Assembly: GCA_951406725.2 (NCBI GenBank)
Contig: OX597828.1
Coordinates: 1,860,001-1,924,000 of the forward strand
Direction: 5' to 3'
Length of the DNA: 64,000 nt
Origin: Octopus vulgaris
Lineage: Eukaryota
Below, piece by piece: positions 13,617-26,822 of this stretch. The translations under genes and the position numbers were made by a program. The notes beneath the pieces were generated by a model, which had not been told where the DNA came from, searched no databases, and saw only the letters and a list, made by a program, of their open reading frames with translations. Position 1 is the first letter of the stretch. Every line of letters begins with the position of its first letter.

Positions 13617-14272
13617 TGTATGCGTGTGATGTGGTGTGTATGTGCGAAGTTAATGAAACTGAAATCTATCAATTATAGCAGTGGACGTGCTCTGTATTTT
13701 AGTCAATAAAACATGTTCATTGAAACTTTCTTTGAAAGCTTTAGAGGGGAAGTTATGCAAATGAAAACAATATTAATATAATCATATTGGAAGAAAAAAC
13801 AAGCGTAATCTTTATTTGAAAGGAATTTAAAATATAATAAAATAAACAAATAGCTTCAACATTTATTGATTGACAAATTTACTTTTGTTATGGTTTTCAC
13901 AAAAATGTCATTGATGATTTGAAAGATAATGAATAAGCGAACAGATTCTAAAGTGATAAAACTAAATAAGATCATAGCAATGAAGATATATTTACAAATT
14001 GATTATGAATGCTTTTACAAATTCCATAAAAATAAACCAATCTATGTTTGGTGTTCATTTCAATTTTATTGCCGAGTGTTTTCACATTGTGCCTTACACA
14101 ATCGAACTTTTGATATCATGTGATACAGAGACAATCATTATGAGAATCATCAGTTAAATACCTTGTGGTGTTTATTTATTCATGCTCTTTACATTATCAG
14201 TTCAAATCCTGCCGAGTTCAACCTCATCTTCTATATTTCTGGTATCGATAAAAGTTATCCGACTAACACTTC

Positions 14273-14303
<31 letters not shown>

Positions 14304-14344
14304 TCTCTTATATATATATATATATATACATACACACACACACA

Positions 14345-14489
14345 CACTAAAAATTAATATAAAAAGCTAGGCACAATGTAATAAAACGAAGGAAAAATTT
14401 AATCGTCATTAAGTGTGACTGAGGGGGCCGAGGCACATACATTGCTAGAAATGAATTTAAAAAATTCTTAATGCTGTAAGAAGAGCGCA

Positions 14490-14543
<54 letters not shown>

Positions 14544-14889
14544 GTATATATACACACACACTCACAGAAGAGGTGACTGCCCCATGAATGTCTCTAGAAT
14601 CACTAAACTAGACTACTTCCGCCTATTTTGTAGGCATCATCAGCAGCGACTACTCAAAGCGTTGATGGTTTTGCTAATTCCATCTGCCAGTCTATATATT
14701 ATTACCATAAAAAATTATGGTTTATTTAGCGAAATGTTAATGTGTACACTAAAAATTGATATAAGCAGCTAGACGCAATGTAATACCATAAAGGAAAAAT
14801 TTAATCGTTACTAAATGCGACTGAGAGTGCCGAAACACCTACATTGCTTGGAATAAGAGTTAAAAGCTCTTAACGCAGTAAGGAGAGTG

Positions 14890-14893
<4 letters not shown>
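14345..14893. repeat. Two diverged ~148-bp direct repeats (14345-14492, 14747-14893) flanking an HHR motif
   Basis: aaaatt(a/g)atataa..gctag..caatgtaata..aaggaaaaatttaatcgt..gactgag..acattgct..gcaata in both. Confidence 0.8.
14600..14649 (-). ncRNA. Degenerate hammerhead motif
   Basis: Minus: tcgctg-CTGATGA-TGCCTA-caaaa-TAGGCG-GAAG-tagtcta-GTT-tagtga; stems I and II pair, GAAAC box damaged. Confidence 0.55.
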
Positions 14894-14961
<68 letters not shown>

Positions 14962-15032
14962 GTATATATATATATAATATATGTATATATATATATGTAT
15001 ACACACACACACACACAGACATGTGTGTGTGT

Positions 15033-15330
15033 GTGGAGGCGCTTGGGCCAATGGTTAGGGCAGCAGACTCACGGCCGTAGGATCGCGGTTTCGATTCCCA
15101 GACCGGGCGTTGTTAGTGTTTATTGAGCGGAAACACCTAAAGCTCCACGAGACTCCAGCAGGGGGTGGTGGCGATCCTTGCTGTACTATTTCGCCGCAAC
15201 TTTCACTCTTTCTTCTGTTGGCCTGCTCGCCTAGCCAGCGGGGTGACGTCACTTGAAGGCTAAAACAATGCGAAGCGCATTCTTACCAGCGATGTGTAGC
15301 AACAGCTGATAGCCTGGTCGGTCATGTGAT

Positions 15331-15338
<8 letters not shown>
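15033..15338 (+). mobile_element. tRNA-derived SINE (third family)
   Basis: A-box-like gggccaatggttagg and B-box-like ggtttcgattccc head, unique body, ends in gtgatcacgtga then (TA)n. Confidence 0.75.
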
Positions 15339-15371
<33 letters not shown>

Positions 15372-15417
15372 CACACATAAATACACTGACATATATACAT
15401 TTGGGTACCTACACATG

Positions 15418-16922
15418 TATTGGATTTTCAAAAAGTTCCCGCCGCTTTTTTTTTAATTTTGGAATATATATATTTTTTTGTTCTAGTTAATTTTAGTTAA
15501 TTTTTGTTTATTTTCAGATCATTAAAATGGAATGTTAAGAAAAACGAGCATTTTCGACACCTCTTTCTTTTCGCTATTAATCAAGGTTTCTGTCTACACT
15601 CAAGATGCAATTAAAATAGCAAGACTACATTTTGTTATATAAGATCATTTCACAATACTTTTGCATATGCAACAGGATCGAATCAAACAGTTATGAATGG
15701 ATCGAAGATTATAGACAAACATATATGAAGGATCTACAAGTTATTGATCATCAATTATTTACGACGGGACTTTAGAAAATATGGTATAAAAGCATAATAG
15801 TCAAAATAACAGAGTTTATGTAACGATGCAGATATCTTACGAGGATATAATTTCGCAGCATTGGTTGTTGCTTTTGAAGATACTTTAATGTTTTCTCTAC
15901 ATCTTTTCGAAATAGACTTTCAACAATTTACAGCGACATTTGTGTGTATGGGGAGGGTGCCATAGCTGAAAGAACCGCTCGTGATTGGTATGCCAAGTTC
16001 AAAAATGGAAATTTTGACCTCAAATCCACACCTCGTTCTAGCCATCAAGTTGAGTTCGATGAAGAGCAATTAAACCAACATTTGCACGAAAATTCTCGTC
16101 AAACGACAAGGGAACTGGCAGAGAAAATGGAATACTCCGACACTGCTATAGAGAAACATCTTCACTCGATGGGAAAGGTTCAGAAGTATGGAGCATAGGT
16201 GCCGCATGCTTTAAGTGACAACAACAAAAATCAACGAGCCACAATCTCCGCTGGTTTGCTTGCTCGTCACCGCTCAACTCATGGACAGAAGCAACGATTT
16301 CTTTACCGAATCATTACTTGCGACGATAAATGATGCCTGTTCATCAATATGAAGCAGCGTAAGGAAACAAGCGACACCGCGCGTGAAACAAGATCTTCAT
16401 CCGTGTGAAATGATGTTGTGCGTATGGTGGAACTGGGAACAGATTATCCATTACGAATTGCTTGACTGGAACCAAAGGTTCAACGCGAAACTCTATGTTC
16501 GACAGATGGAGCGACTCAACACGGCTATTCAAAAGAAAAGAACTAATCGTCAGCATGAAGTTCTTCTGCTACACGACAACGCCCGCCCTTATATCGCCAA
16601 TATAACCAAGAATGCCATTCAAACGCGTGGCTGGGAAGTGCTACCACACCCGCCGTACTCTCTTGATTTGGCACTAACAGATGTCCACCTCTTTCGATCT
16701 CTTTCAAATGATATGCGCGGAGTTTCGTTCAATACTGATGAGGTTGGTTGGATCAATTTTTCGAGTCGAAATGGAGTGATTTCTACCAACGAGGTATTGA
16801 AAATCCTGTTGAATGTTGGGAAGTTGTAAACAACAAGGGTGAACACATTATTGATTAATTAGTTGTTATTTTTTATTAAACCTTTTAAAAAACTTAAATT
16901 TAAAAACCGGTGGGAGCTCAAT
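15418..16922 (+). mobile_element. Decayed mariner (DD34D type) interrupted by a 352-bp insertion
   Basis: ATG 15527 ..KNEHFRHL..NQG | ..YGEGAIAERTARDWYAKFKNGNFDL..MLCVWWN..LLHDNARPY..HPPYSLDLALTD; termini resemble aagttcccgccg TIR. Confidence 0.9.
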
Positions 16923-16999
16923 ATGTAGTCCTTTTCTTTCATTAGTTTGTCTCTCATTTACTCGTTGTAGTAGACACCTTTACACTTTTGTAACATTCT

Positions 17000-17330
17000 T
17001 TTCTTCAACAAAATAAAATTTATTTTCATCACAAAGATTTTGCTATTTCTTGTTTGATTTCTTCTTCTTTTTCTATATAGCCATGTTCTTCACCTGTCAC
17101 TGTCTTGGAAATCTCTTACTATTGCAACAAAGAATGCCAATGTCTTATCAAAATACAATTTTTCTGGTCTAGCAATATTTGTTCTACAAGGAACATGTCT
17201 TTCTCTACCCATATTTTATGCTCCCCTTCCCTTATCCTATTTTGGCAGGATCACTTCTGTAATAACAACCGATTACGGTTATGCTGTCATTTTAAGATTC
17301 GACTCTCAAGTCTTCCTTGTAGTTGTTGAA
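17000..17330 (-). mobile_element. Decayed R4/Dong N-terminal fragment
   Basis: Minus: VIGCYYRSDPAKIG..HKIWVEKDMFLVEQILLDQKNCILIRHW, homologous to the 11271 fragment. Confidence 0.6.
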
Positions 17331-18069
17331 TAACGCCCAGGTTGATCCTACTTTATTGAGGGACACTTGTCGTGCGGAAGCCCTCACTTGGAGATCCAGT
17401 TCTATTAACGCATTGTGATAATACTTTTTATTTGGCAGTTCAGTTATAGAGAGGAATGTGGATTTAATGACACAACCTCAGGAACACCGTCTCTAGAAGG
17501 CCGCCATCCGAGGCTCAAGACACCCTCCTCCCTTTGTTATAGATCTAGACCCGAACGGGTGACGCCTATCGTTTTTGGTCTCGAAGTACACATAATTGTT
17601 ATTGTTACTATCATGAGTGCTGGGTACAGTATATAACGTTAATTACGGTAATAACAACAGTGCCATCAGCTGCAACTAAGAAATATTATGTGGATGGCCA
17701 TTGGCTCTCATGAGTTGATGCACCCTTTGGCATGTGTTGGTTTTCATCCAACAGGGTTAAAAGACACACTTCCTCACCTGGCATTCTCTGTGGGATTACC
17801 AATTTACTGTACGACTGTCTGGTATTTATGGCACATAAAAAAATGAAGGAAGCTAGTAGGGGTTTTCATACAGAGAGCTGAGTACCATTCACTCTGATAT
17901 AGCGAAGGTAGTGGAGGGTCGAGGCGGTTTTTCTCACTGGGAACAAGTGATGAACTTTGCTGCTCTTAGTGTAGCAGAGGGAGAGGGAGTCTGTCAAATC
18001 CAAGATCCACAATCAAATGGTTACTTCTAGAAATCATTTAGAACAAATCAGTAATTTAGCAAGAAAAGG

Positions 18070-18296
<227 letters not shown>

Positions 18297-18600
18297 GGTA
18301 AATTGTGAGCGTGGGTCATAATGCCTATTTCTTTCAAGTGAAAATCGTGCGTGTTAACCGAGGAAGAAAAAAAGGGAACAACGAAAGCGACAAAAAATCC
18401 ACTACCACCACTACCATCATCATCATCATCCTCATCATCATCTCAAGAAACAACCAGAATAAATATTTTCATGGGTGAGAAAAGATTATAGGAAATACTT
18501 AACTTTTAACAATTGAGGGATGGTGTCATGGAAGAATCATCCAAGATCACCCATCGAACTGTTACACGAAGAAATCATTTACAACAAATGAATAGTAAGT

Positions 18601-18675
<75 letters not shown>

Positions 18676-18699
18676 AATTAAGAATTTGTCAAATCCAGG

Positions 18700-19380
18700 C
18701 TGATGGATGACCTCAAACTCTATACTAAAGAAGACATAAATTCTTTGATCAAAACACTAAGAATATGTAACAAGGATATTGGAATGCAATTTAGTATAAA
18801 TAAATGTACAGTTTTAATACAGGGAGGTCGAAAGATTAAATCTGATGGTATAAAATTACCACAAGCTTGTATCATAGATAATTGAGAACTAATGAGGGAT
18901 ACAATTACTTTGGGGATGAAGCAAGATGATAAGGTAATAGAAAGAGAAATGAGGAAGTCTCCAAAGAGTACAACAGAAGCATTAGTAAGGTCCTCAATAC
19001 AAAACTAGATGGAAATGATATTATCAAATCAATGAATTCATGGTCGATGCTACTTTCTAAATTGGGCCAAGACAGAACTTCAGATTTTTACAGAAGAGCT
19101 AGTAAGCTGCTCACGTTGCCTGAAAAGCAACATCAGCTCCATCAATCAAGGAAGGAAGGAGGCAGTGACTTATTAAACGCAGAAAAGACCATTAGTATGT
19201 TCCTGAGTTTGAGGAATTATATTGTAAACAGGCTATTATCTACTGCTAGAAATAACCAAAATCTTATTGAAACTGTTAGAAAATTCAAGAACAGAAGGAA
19301 GTTGAGAAGAGAAGGAATTGCTTGACCAAACCATGTAAGGAACCGAGTGTGTTGGAAGAAAGGAAGAATGTTTGTGGTTG
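18700..19380 (+). mobile_element. Decayed R4/Dong-type RT C-terminal half
   Basis: LMDDLKLY..DIGMQFSINKCTVL..GIKLP; later KSMNSW..RKEGGSDL. Confidence 0.75.
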
Positions 19381-19433
19381 AGAGATTGAAACCCGAAACG
19401 ACAGGCTAAATCACTAATTATAACCGGTCAAAC

Positions 19434-19639
19434 CATGATCATACATGGAACAATGGAGACCACCTCCTCCTGTGGGATGAAGTTAAAATAATAGACAGAG
19501 AACACCACTGGAAACACGAAAACTAAAAGAAGCAGCACAAATGCTAGGATACAACAACCCCCTAAGCAGACCGAGTGCAGATATGAATAGCATATGGGAA
19601 CCGATATTAAGGAAGGATAGGAAAATATTAGATTTATAA
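19434..19639 (+). mobile_element. PLE GIY-YIG C-terminal tip
   Basis: DHTWNNGDHLLLWDEVKIIDREHHWK.RKLKEAAQMLGYNNPLSRPSADMNSIWEPIL. Confidence 0.7.
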
Positions 19640-19705
19640 ACCCTAAAATTCACTCCATAATTGCCCCCGGGCATATGGCATAGTGTTTAAGATTACAGGC
19701 AGTGA

Positions 19706-19821
<116 letters not shown>

Positions 19822-19824
19822 GAA

Positions 19825-21485
19825 ATGAACGGACCGGTACCCTACGAAAATGACGACCGTCAAAATAATGGGCCGGACGTTGTTCCTCATGTCCCGCAAA
19901 TAAAACCCAAAAGACATAAATGGACACGTGAGGAATACATTTCTATCTTACACGCATACTTCAAAGCAGTGCTCTACCCAAAAAATGAAAACACAACAAC
20001 ACATACATATAAAATATGGAAGGAAAATAACATAAATATAGACTTGGATACAGCAATGAACCTTAATAAATTAGCTAACGTACGAAGATACATTCTCAAC
20101 GCAAAAAAAATATCAGAAATAGAAATAGAACAGCTAAAAGAAAAAATACACCAGGAAAATGTAGATAGAAGCCACACAACAATGCCCAATAATATAAACA
20201 CTGAAACAGTAAAACACGAAGACAAACGCAACATTCCCAACAAACACGATGTAAACAACGAAGGGGAGCCTAATGATTATGATAATATAAAAAGTAAAAT
20301 AATCAAAGAACTGAAAACCACAGAGCTCAAAATGGAGCACCGACCATACCTCCCAAGAATCAAAATAGACGAAACAATAACACCAATTATAAACAGCATA
20401 AACCTAGCCGTCACGGAACTAATAGCCACTGAAACAAAAAGTGATAACACGGAGCTAAATGACTTAGTATACGCAGCAGCCACTGCAGCCACAAAAGAAG
20501 CTGGATACTCACCCAAACCTATCCAAACAGGAGTACCACCACCCAAACAAACCCTGTGGATAAATAACATCCAAAACAAAATGCAAAAAATGAGAAAAGA
20601 TCTGTCGATTCTTAATGAAATCAGCAGACAATCAACGCTACTGAGCAACAAAAAGAAAACAAAAATACTCCGCAAATATAACATCTCAGAAAAAGATTTA
20701 CCTGAGATAAAAGAAAAGCTGAAGCAAGATATCCTTGCTAAAGCACAAAGGATCCGCCGGTACGAGAAACGCCAGCGCTTCTTTGAACAAAACAAAAAGT
20801 TCAACTCCAACCCCAAAAAGTTCTACCAAGAACTAGGCAAAAATAAAATAGAAATCACAGCAACACCAACGGCAGAAGAAGTGGAAGAATTCTGGAGAGA
20901 AATATGGTCGGCGAACGAACAACCAAAAAAAAAGGAGTATCAAAATAACAAACTCGGCATCTGAACAACTTTGGCCCCCCATAACAACTGAAGAGGTCAC
21001 CCAGGCACTGCAAAGACTAAGCAACTGGAAGGCACCTGGGCATGACAAGATCCCCAACTTCTGGTTGAAATATCTAACAGGAATGCACAAAAAGCTGGCT
21101 GAAAACTTTAACTACATACTAGCAGAGCCAGAGACAATGCCTGAATGGCTCACGAAGGGGAAAACCATCTTAATTCCTAAATCAAATGAGACAGCAAAAC
21201 CAGAAAACTACAGACCAATAACATGTCTCCCTACAATGTTCAAGGCATTTACTGCAGTGATATCGCAAAGGTTGAACAAGCACCTGGACGAAAACAAACT
21301 GTTCCCAGAAGAGCAGGCTCATATGGCTGTAAAGATCAACTAATGATTAATAAAGCCATAACTGAAGACAGCCACAGAAAGAAGAAAGGCCTCAGTATGG
21401 CCTGGATCGATTACAAAAAGGCGTTTGATAGCATCCCCCACACATGGACCCTTGAAACACTAGCCATTAACAAAGTAGCACCAAT
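19825..21485 (+). mobile_element. R4/Dong non-LTR retrotransposon, 5' part of ORF (N-terminus plus first RT motifs), two frameshifts, 3'-truncated
   Basis: KWTREE..LANVRRYIL..EIEIEQL; AKAQRIRRYEKR..FNSNPKKFY; NWKAPGHD.IPNFWLK; NYRPITCLPTMFK; GCKDQL; MAWIDYKKAFDSIPH. Confidence 0.92.
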
Positions 21486-22465
21486 AGATAATCTAATGTT
21501 ACAGTATTCAAGCTGTTCTGTATCTTGAAGTTCTAATATCAATCGAAAATGATATATCACTGTAAACACATTGATAGAATGAAACAAAATTCAGCTTAAC
21601 CTTACCTTGCTGTAAATTGTTGAAAGTCTATTTCGAAAAGATGTAGAGAAAACATTAAAGTATCTTCAAAAGCAACAACCAATGCTGCGAAATTATATCC
21701 TCGTAAGATATCTGCATCGTTACATAAACTCTGTTATTTTGACTATTATGCTTTTATACCATATTTTCTAAAGTTCCGTCGTAAATAATTGATGATCAAT
21801 AACTTGTAGATCCTTCATATATGTTTGTCTATAATCTTCGATCCATTCATAACTGTTTGATTCGATCCTGTTGCATATGCAAAAGTATTGTGAAATGATC
21901 TTGTATAACAAAATGTAGTCTTGCTATTTTAATTGCATCTTGAGTGTAGACAGAAACCTTAGCCTGCGAATAAATTGCACAATGGTAGGTTGATTATTAC
22001 TGAACCAACCATTTCCTGTCAGTCATGAAGATGGAATGGATCTTCACATATTAAGGACACTTCACCCTTAAAGCGATGGATTACTTTGTATTCGTAAAGA
22101 TTGCGACATCCTATTCACCGATTTTTCTCAGCATTACTATTTCTAAACTCTCTTTTGGTGGTGATTATCTTGTAAGCTTTATGTAGTAAGCCAAATTCTG
22201 TATGGCATCGCTTTTCTGTGATGTTTTGTTATGTTTTATCTGTTGCAATGTTTTTTAAGTCTTACAATTTGCCATAGCTGCAGTCGTTGCAACAGGATTA
22301 AGGACTCTGCTTCACAACCAACGTTGTTGCGAATTCAATCACGTTGTCCAACACCTTGGACAACTGTTTTCTGTCAGGGCATGATTTGCCAGTGAAATTC
22401 TGTTGATGGAAAATGCATAGTATTTCAATTGTATGCATGAGTGTGTATGTGTGTGTATGCGCATG

Positions 22466-22510
<45 letters not shown>

Positions 22511-22714
22511 GCCTGTGTTTGCGTGTGTGCCTGTGTATGTGATGCGATGTGTGTGTGTGTGTGTGTGATGTGATGTGTGCGTGTGTGTGCTTGTATGCCT
22601 GCGTATGTATTTATAAGTGTTCAGTGATGAAGAAAACTCAAGAAAACCATCCATTATTTGCATCCTGCTGGGGTCCCTCCTTTTACACTAATGCTCCCAT
22701 TTCTTATTTTGATA

Positions 22715-23130
22715 GTTATCGGAGACAGCTTGGTGGGGCAACGGGCATAGTCAGCGTAGGTGTTCCCTCGCAGCCGACCTGTTGTCAGCTGGACGGCTGC
22801 GGCTGCGACGCGAGCATGAGAACAAGTACATCAACGAGCACGAGCAACAACACAACAACGAGCACGAGGAAAAGGACGTCCACGAGGACGCTCACGATAA
22901 GAACACGACAACAAACACGACCTTCAACATAGCAACGGCCACGACTACGACCACGACTACAACACGCGAGGTCCGACGACAAACGCATAACATACGGACA
23001 CACACTCGCAATGGAACCGGCAGCGGGCACGTCGGCTGGGGATAGCGACGTACCTGCAGCGAACGGCCCGCAGCTCGCCGGCAGCCGAATGGAAGCTGCG
23101 AGACTTCGGTTCGGCGGCGAAAAACGGTGA
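22715..23130. other. CpG/GC-rich island with (ACG/ACA)-like low complexity
   Basis: Dense CG dinucleotides against an AT-rich background. Confidence 0.6.
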
Positions 23131-23266
23131 TTAATGCAGATCAATGAAATATGTACCGGAAAAGATCAATGAAATATGTACTGGACAAAGTACTGCGATC
23201 GATACAATTGATTCATAGCTCTTTGTAGGCGGTCTACCAGCATATGATCAGCTATATTATAAGTAG

Positions 23267-23691
23267 GACCGAAGCTGTTTTCGTTACTAGTACGTCACCA
23301 CTGTCACATGTGGTAGGTTGCTAGTATTAGCGGCAACGGTACCAGGATTACTATTATTGAAGTAGATAGGGTTTCTGAACTTCACATTATTAAAATCTGG
23401 TGCGTTTGGGTCGGATACAGCTGGATAATTTGTAGGGTTCACAGTAAGGTGACTACATTTACGCCTATTGGAAGAGGCAATTATAGATCTCAAGTTTGGT
23501 GTTGTAGAGTACTAGATTTTAGATGAATTACGAGACCAGTAATTGTTCTCAAAGAACAAAAGTTTTCGTAACTGCTAAGATAACGCCGATGTCCGACTGA
23601 AAGAGGGGTGCAAGTTGCCTTGCAAAGATTCGAATTTCATTGGGGTATATGGAAGCGTAATACATTGAAATAGTGAAGTGAAGGAAACGAG

Positions 23692-23763
<72 letters not shown>

Positions 23764-23900
23764 ATCATGCTATGACATCGCCAGTACAATTCCAAAGGAA
23801 ACTTAACTCTTCTCCTCACTAAGGATATAATTCGGTCAAATATGCATTTGTGCTAATGCGTCCAAATCTGAAGGTCTAACGAAGATATGATAAAAAAGTG
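23267..23900 (-). mobile_element. Internally deleted PLE remnant with degenerate HHR at its 3' end
   Basis: Minus: RIISLVRRRVKF.LWNCTGDVIA.FH (RT), KI.YSTTPNLRSIIASSNRRK (linker); gaca-GTGGTGA-c-gtactagtaac-GAAAAC-agct-TC-ggtc at 23267-23315. Confidence 0.6.
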
Positions 23901-24341
23901 AAGCTATTTCATACCCAAAATATATTCTGTTTCGCAATATTTAAAGTTTCATTCATGTATTGCATTAGAAATATATATTTGTTTATGTGATATGTACTTC
24001 AACATATAGTGAGTTAATGTAGTTTCCCCATCGAAAGACTCTCACCCATGATACTATAAAATATTGCAATACTTGAGTTCGCGTACCTGAGACATCTAGC
24101 ATACATGAAAAAGACAATTTGCAGGACTGAAAATGATTTGTGATAACAGTCAAGGCCTTGCTACAGATGTGAGATTTTGTGAGATTTTGCAGCTCATTGT
24201 AGTTGGCCAAGCAAGCACACACAACTCTCTTATTGATTTAACCTTAACCTTTTCTCTAACATGCAGATGGTTTCACAATAATTATTTGATTTCTATTGTA
24301 GAGGGTCATCATTTTAGTCATTAATTGGTTGTTGGTATATA

Positions 24342-25963
24342 CAGTTGCGGCCAAAATGTTAAGAACGGCATTGTTTTCGTTAGCAAAGTAGGTATAATTT
24401 TTTATCAAAGTTGTTATATATTCTATAATTTTCACAGACAATAAATACAATATTAATTGTTATTGTCTCAGATTTTGGTGTAATTTGAGAGGATAATACA
24501 AAAGTTATGGATGATTTAGTGATTTACTGCAAAACCCATGCCGGCCAAAATGATCAGAACGGTTGAAAAAATAACAAAATAATCAAAAATGACAGAGAAT
24601 ACTGGAATTATTTAATATTTAGTGTGAAGCCCTTTAGCTTCAATCACACTTTGACATCTTCGACTGCATGAGGAAACTAAATTTTCAATTTACTTGCTGG
24701 GTGATCTTATTCAATTTTCTTCCTGATGGGCATTCCATAATTGCTCGGTTGTTTTAGGATTTCTGGCTTTCGAACGTTCTCCAAGAATATTCGACACATT
24801 TTCAATAGGATTGAGATCTGGGCTTTGGGCAGGCCAATCCATAACAATAACCTTTTCAGCCCTGAGGAAGTTCATGACCACTTTAGCCTTGTGACATGGG
24901 GCATTGTCCTGCATGAATATGGGTGGTCGCTTAGTTGAATTTACAGCACAGGCAAGACATGATCTTTTACAAGTTGTTTATAAACTCCTGCATTTTACTT
25001 TCCATGTAATCGCACCAAAGGGCCCACACCATCTCCAGACATCATCCCCCAAACCATGACACTTCCTCCACCGAATTTAACACTAGTCTTAAGGCATTTA
25101 GGCGACAATTTTTTACCTACTTTTCGACGAACGTACCTTTTCCCATCTGAGCCAAATAACATTAACTTAGATTCATCACGGAAATGCACCGTCTGCCATT
25201 TTTCTTGAGACCACAACACATGTTCGGTTGCAAAGGTAAGACGACACTTTTTATTCTTGGAGCTGATCAGTGGCTTCACTGCAGGTGCTCTTGCTTGTAG
25301 GTCATGTTCAACTAAACGACGAGACACAGTTTTTTGAGATAAAGTTTTCTTCAGTACAATGCTCATTTCCCGAGAAACAGCAGCAGCAGTTTTAAATCTG
25401 TCCTTTTTAACCAACTTTACCATAGCACGATCTTCTCTCTTGGTCGTTTTTCTTGGCCTACCTGTAGACTTTCTTGCTTCACATGAACCACAATCATCGT
25501 AGACCTTAAGAACAACACTTTTTAACTTGTTAACAATCTTTACAATAGACCCAATACTTAAATTATCCTTCTTTCAAAGCTTAATAATTTGCTGACGAAT
25601 TGGTAACGGAGTAAGTGACATTATATTAACAAAGTACACTGCAGATATTCTTACTAATGTTTAGTAAACGAACCGTCACGTGAACAAATTCAAAACATTA
25701 GAGTTCACCAGTTAAATATACTAAAACACGGAGTAAAAGCAACCGTTCTGATCATTTTAGCCGCCATGGGTTTTGCTGTAAATCACTAAATCATGCATAA
25801 CTTTTGTATTATCCTCTCAAATTACACCAAAATCTGAGACAATAACAATTAATATCGTATTCATTGTCTGTGAAAATTATAGAATATAAAACAACTTTGA
25901 TATAAAATTATACCTACTTTTCTGACGAAAACAATGCCGTTCTTAACATTTTGGCCGCAACTG
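24342..25963 (-). mobile_element. Full-length Tc1-like transposon (DD34E) with ~224-bp IR/DR-type TIRs; transposase disrupted
   Basis: TA-CAGTTGCGGCCAAAATGTTAAGAACGG..CCGTTCTTAACATTTTGGCCGCAACTG-TA; inner repeat ggccaaaatgatcagaacgg; FRDESK, GGGSVMVWG, QDNAPCH-(34)-SPDLNPIE. Confidence 0.95.
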
Positions 25964-26019
25964 TACAATCGTAGATAGATTGGTTGGCTGCGTGTTAAAG
26001 GCGAGAATGACGACACAAA

Positions 26020-26100
<81 letters not shown>

Positions 26101-26281
26101 GTATACATGTATTTATATGTATATATATATAATTCAATTTTGGGGGATTAATCGATATGCGGGTATTCTATTTTAGATAATACAAAAATAGCCCACTGAG
26201 TATATCTGACAGTAAACTCATGCTATCAGTTTGCATAATATCACGAAATAATACTTAAAGGATATAACCCCAAATTACCAG

Positions 26282-26440
26282 CAGGAGTGGCTGTGTGGTA
26301 AGTAGCTTGCTTACGAACCACATTTTTCCGGGTTCATTCCCACTGCGTGGCACCTTGGGCAAGTGTCTTCTACTATAGCCTAGGGACGACCAAAGCCTTG
26401 TGAGTGGATTTGGTAGACGGAAACTGAAAGAAGCTCGTCG

Positions 26441-26483
<43 letters not shown>

Positions 26484-26697
26484 ATATTTATGTGTCTGTG
26501 TTTGTCCCCCCAACATCGCTTGATAACCGATGATGGTGTGTTTACGTCCCCGTAACTTAGTGGTTCGGCAAAAGAGACCGATGGAATAAGTACTAGGCTT
26601 ACAAAGAATAAGTCCTGGGGTCTATTTGCTCGACTAAAGGCGGTGCTCCAGCATGACCGCAGTCAAATGATCGAAACAAGTAAAAGAGTAAAAGAGG
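26282..26697 (+). mobile_element. Full-length tRNA-derived CORE-type SINE with internal (TA)/(TG) microsatellite
   Basis: tggctgtgtggtaag A box, gggttcattccc B box, caccttgggcaagt CORE-like segment, gtaaaaga tail repeats. Confidence 0.88.
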
Positions 26698-26822
26698 GTA
26701 TATAATATACTTCGTTAATTATATCCTACTTTAGTTAATACTTATATTTATTAAATATGAAGGAACTACACGTGTTGATTACAATATATATATACATATG
26801 CACAAGTGTATACCTACATATA

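Noticed and set aside
15033-15110. tRNA-like heads here and at 26282, 12430 and 39330
   Set aside because: No complete cloverleaf is present and each runs into a repeated SINE body, so they are SINE heads rather than tRNA genes.
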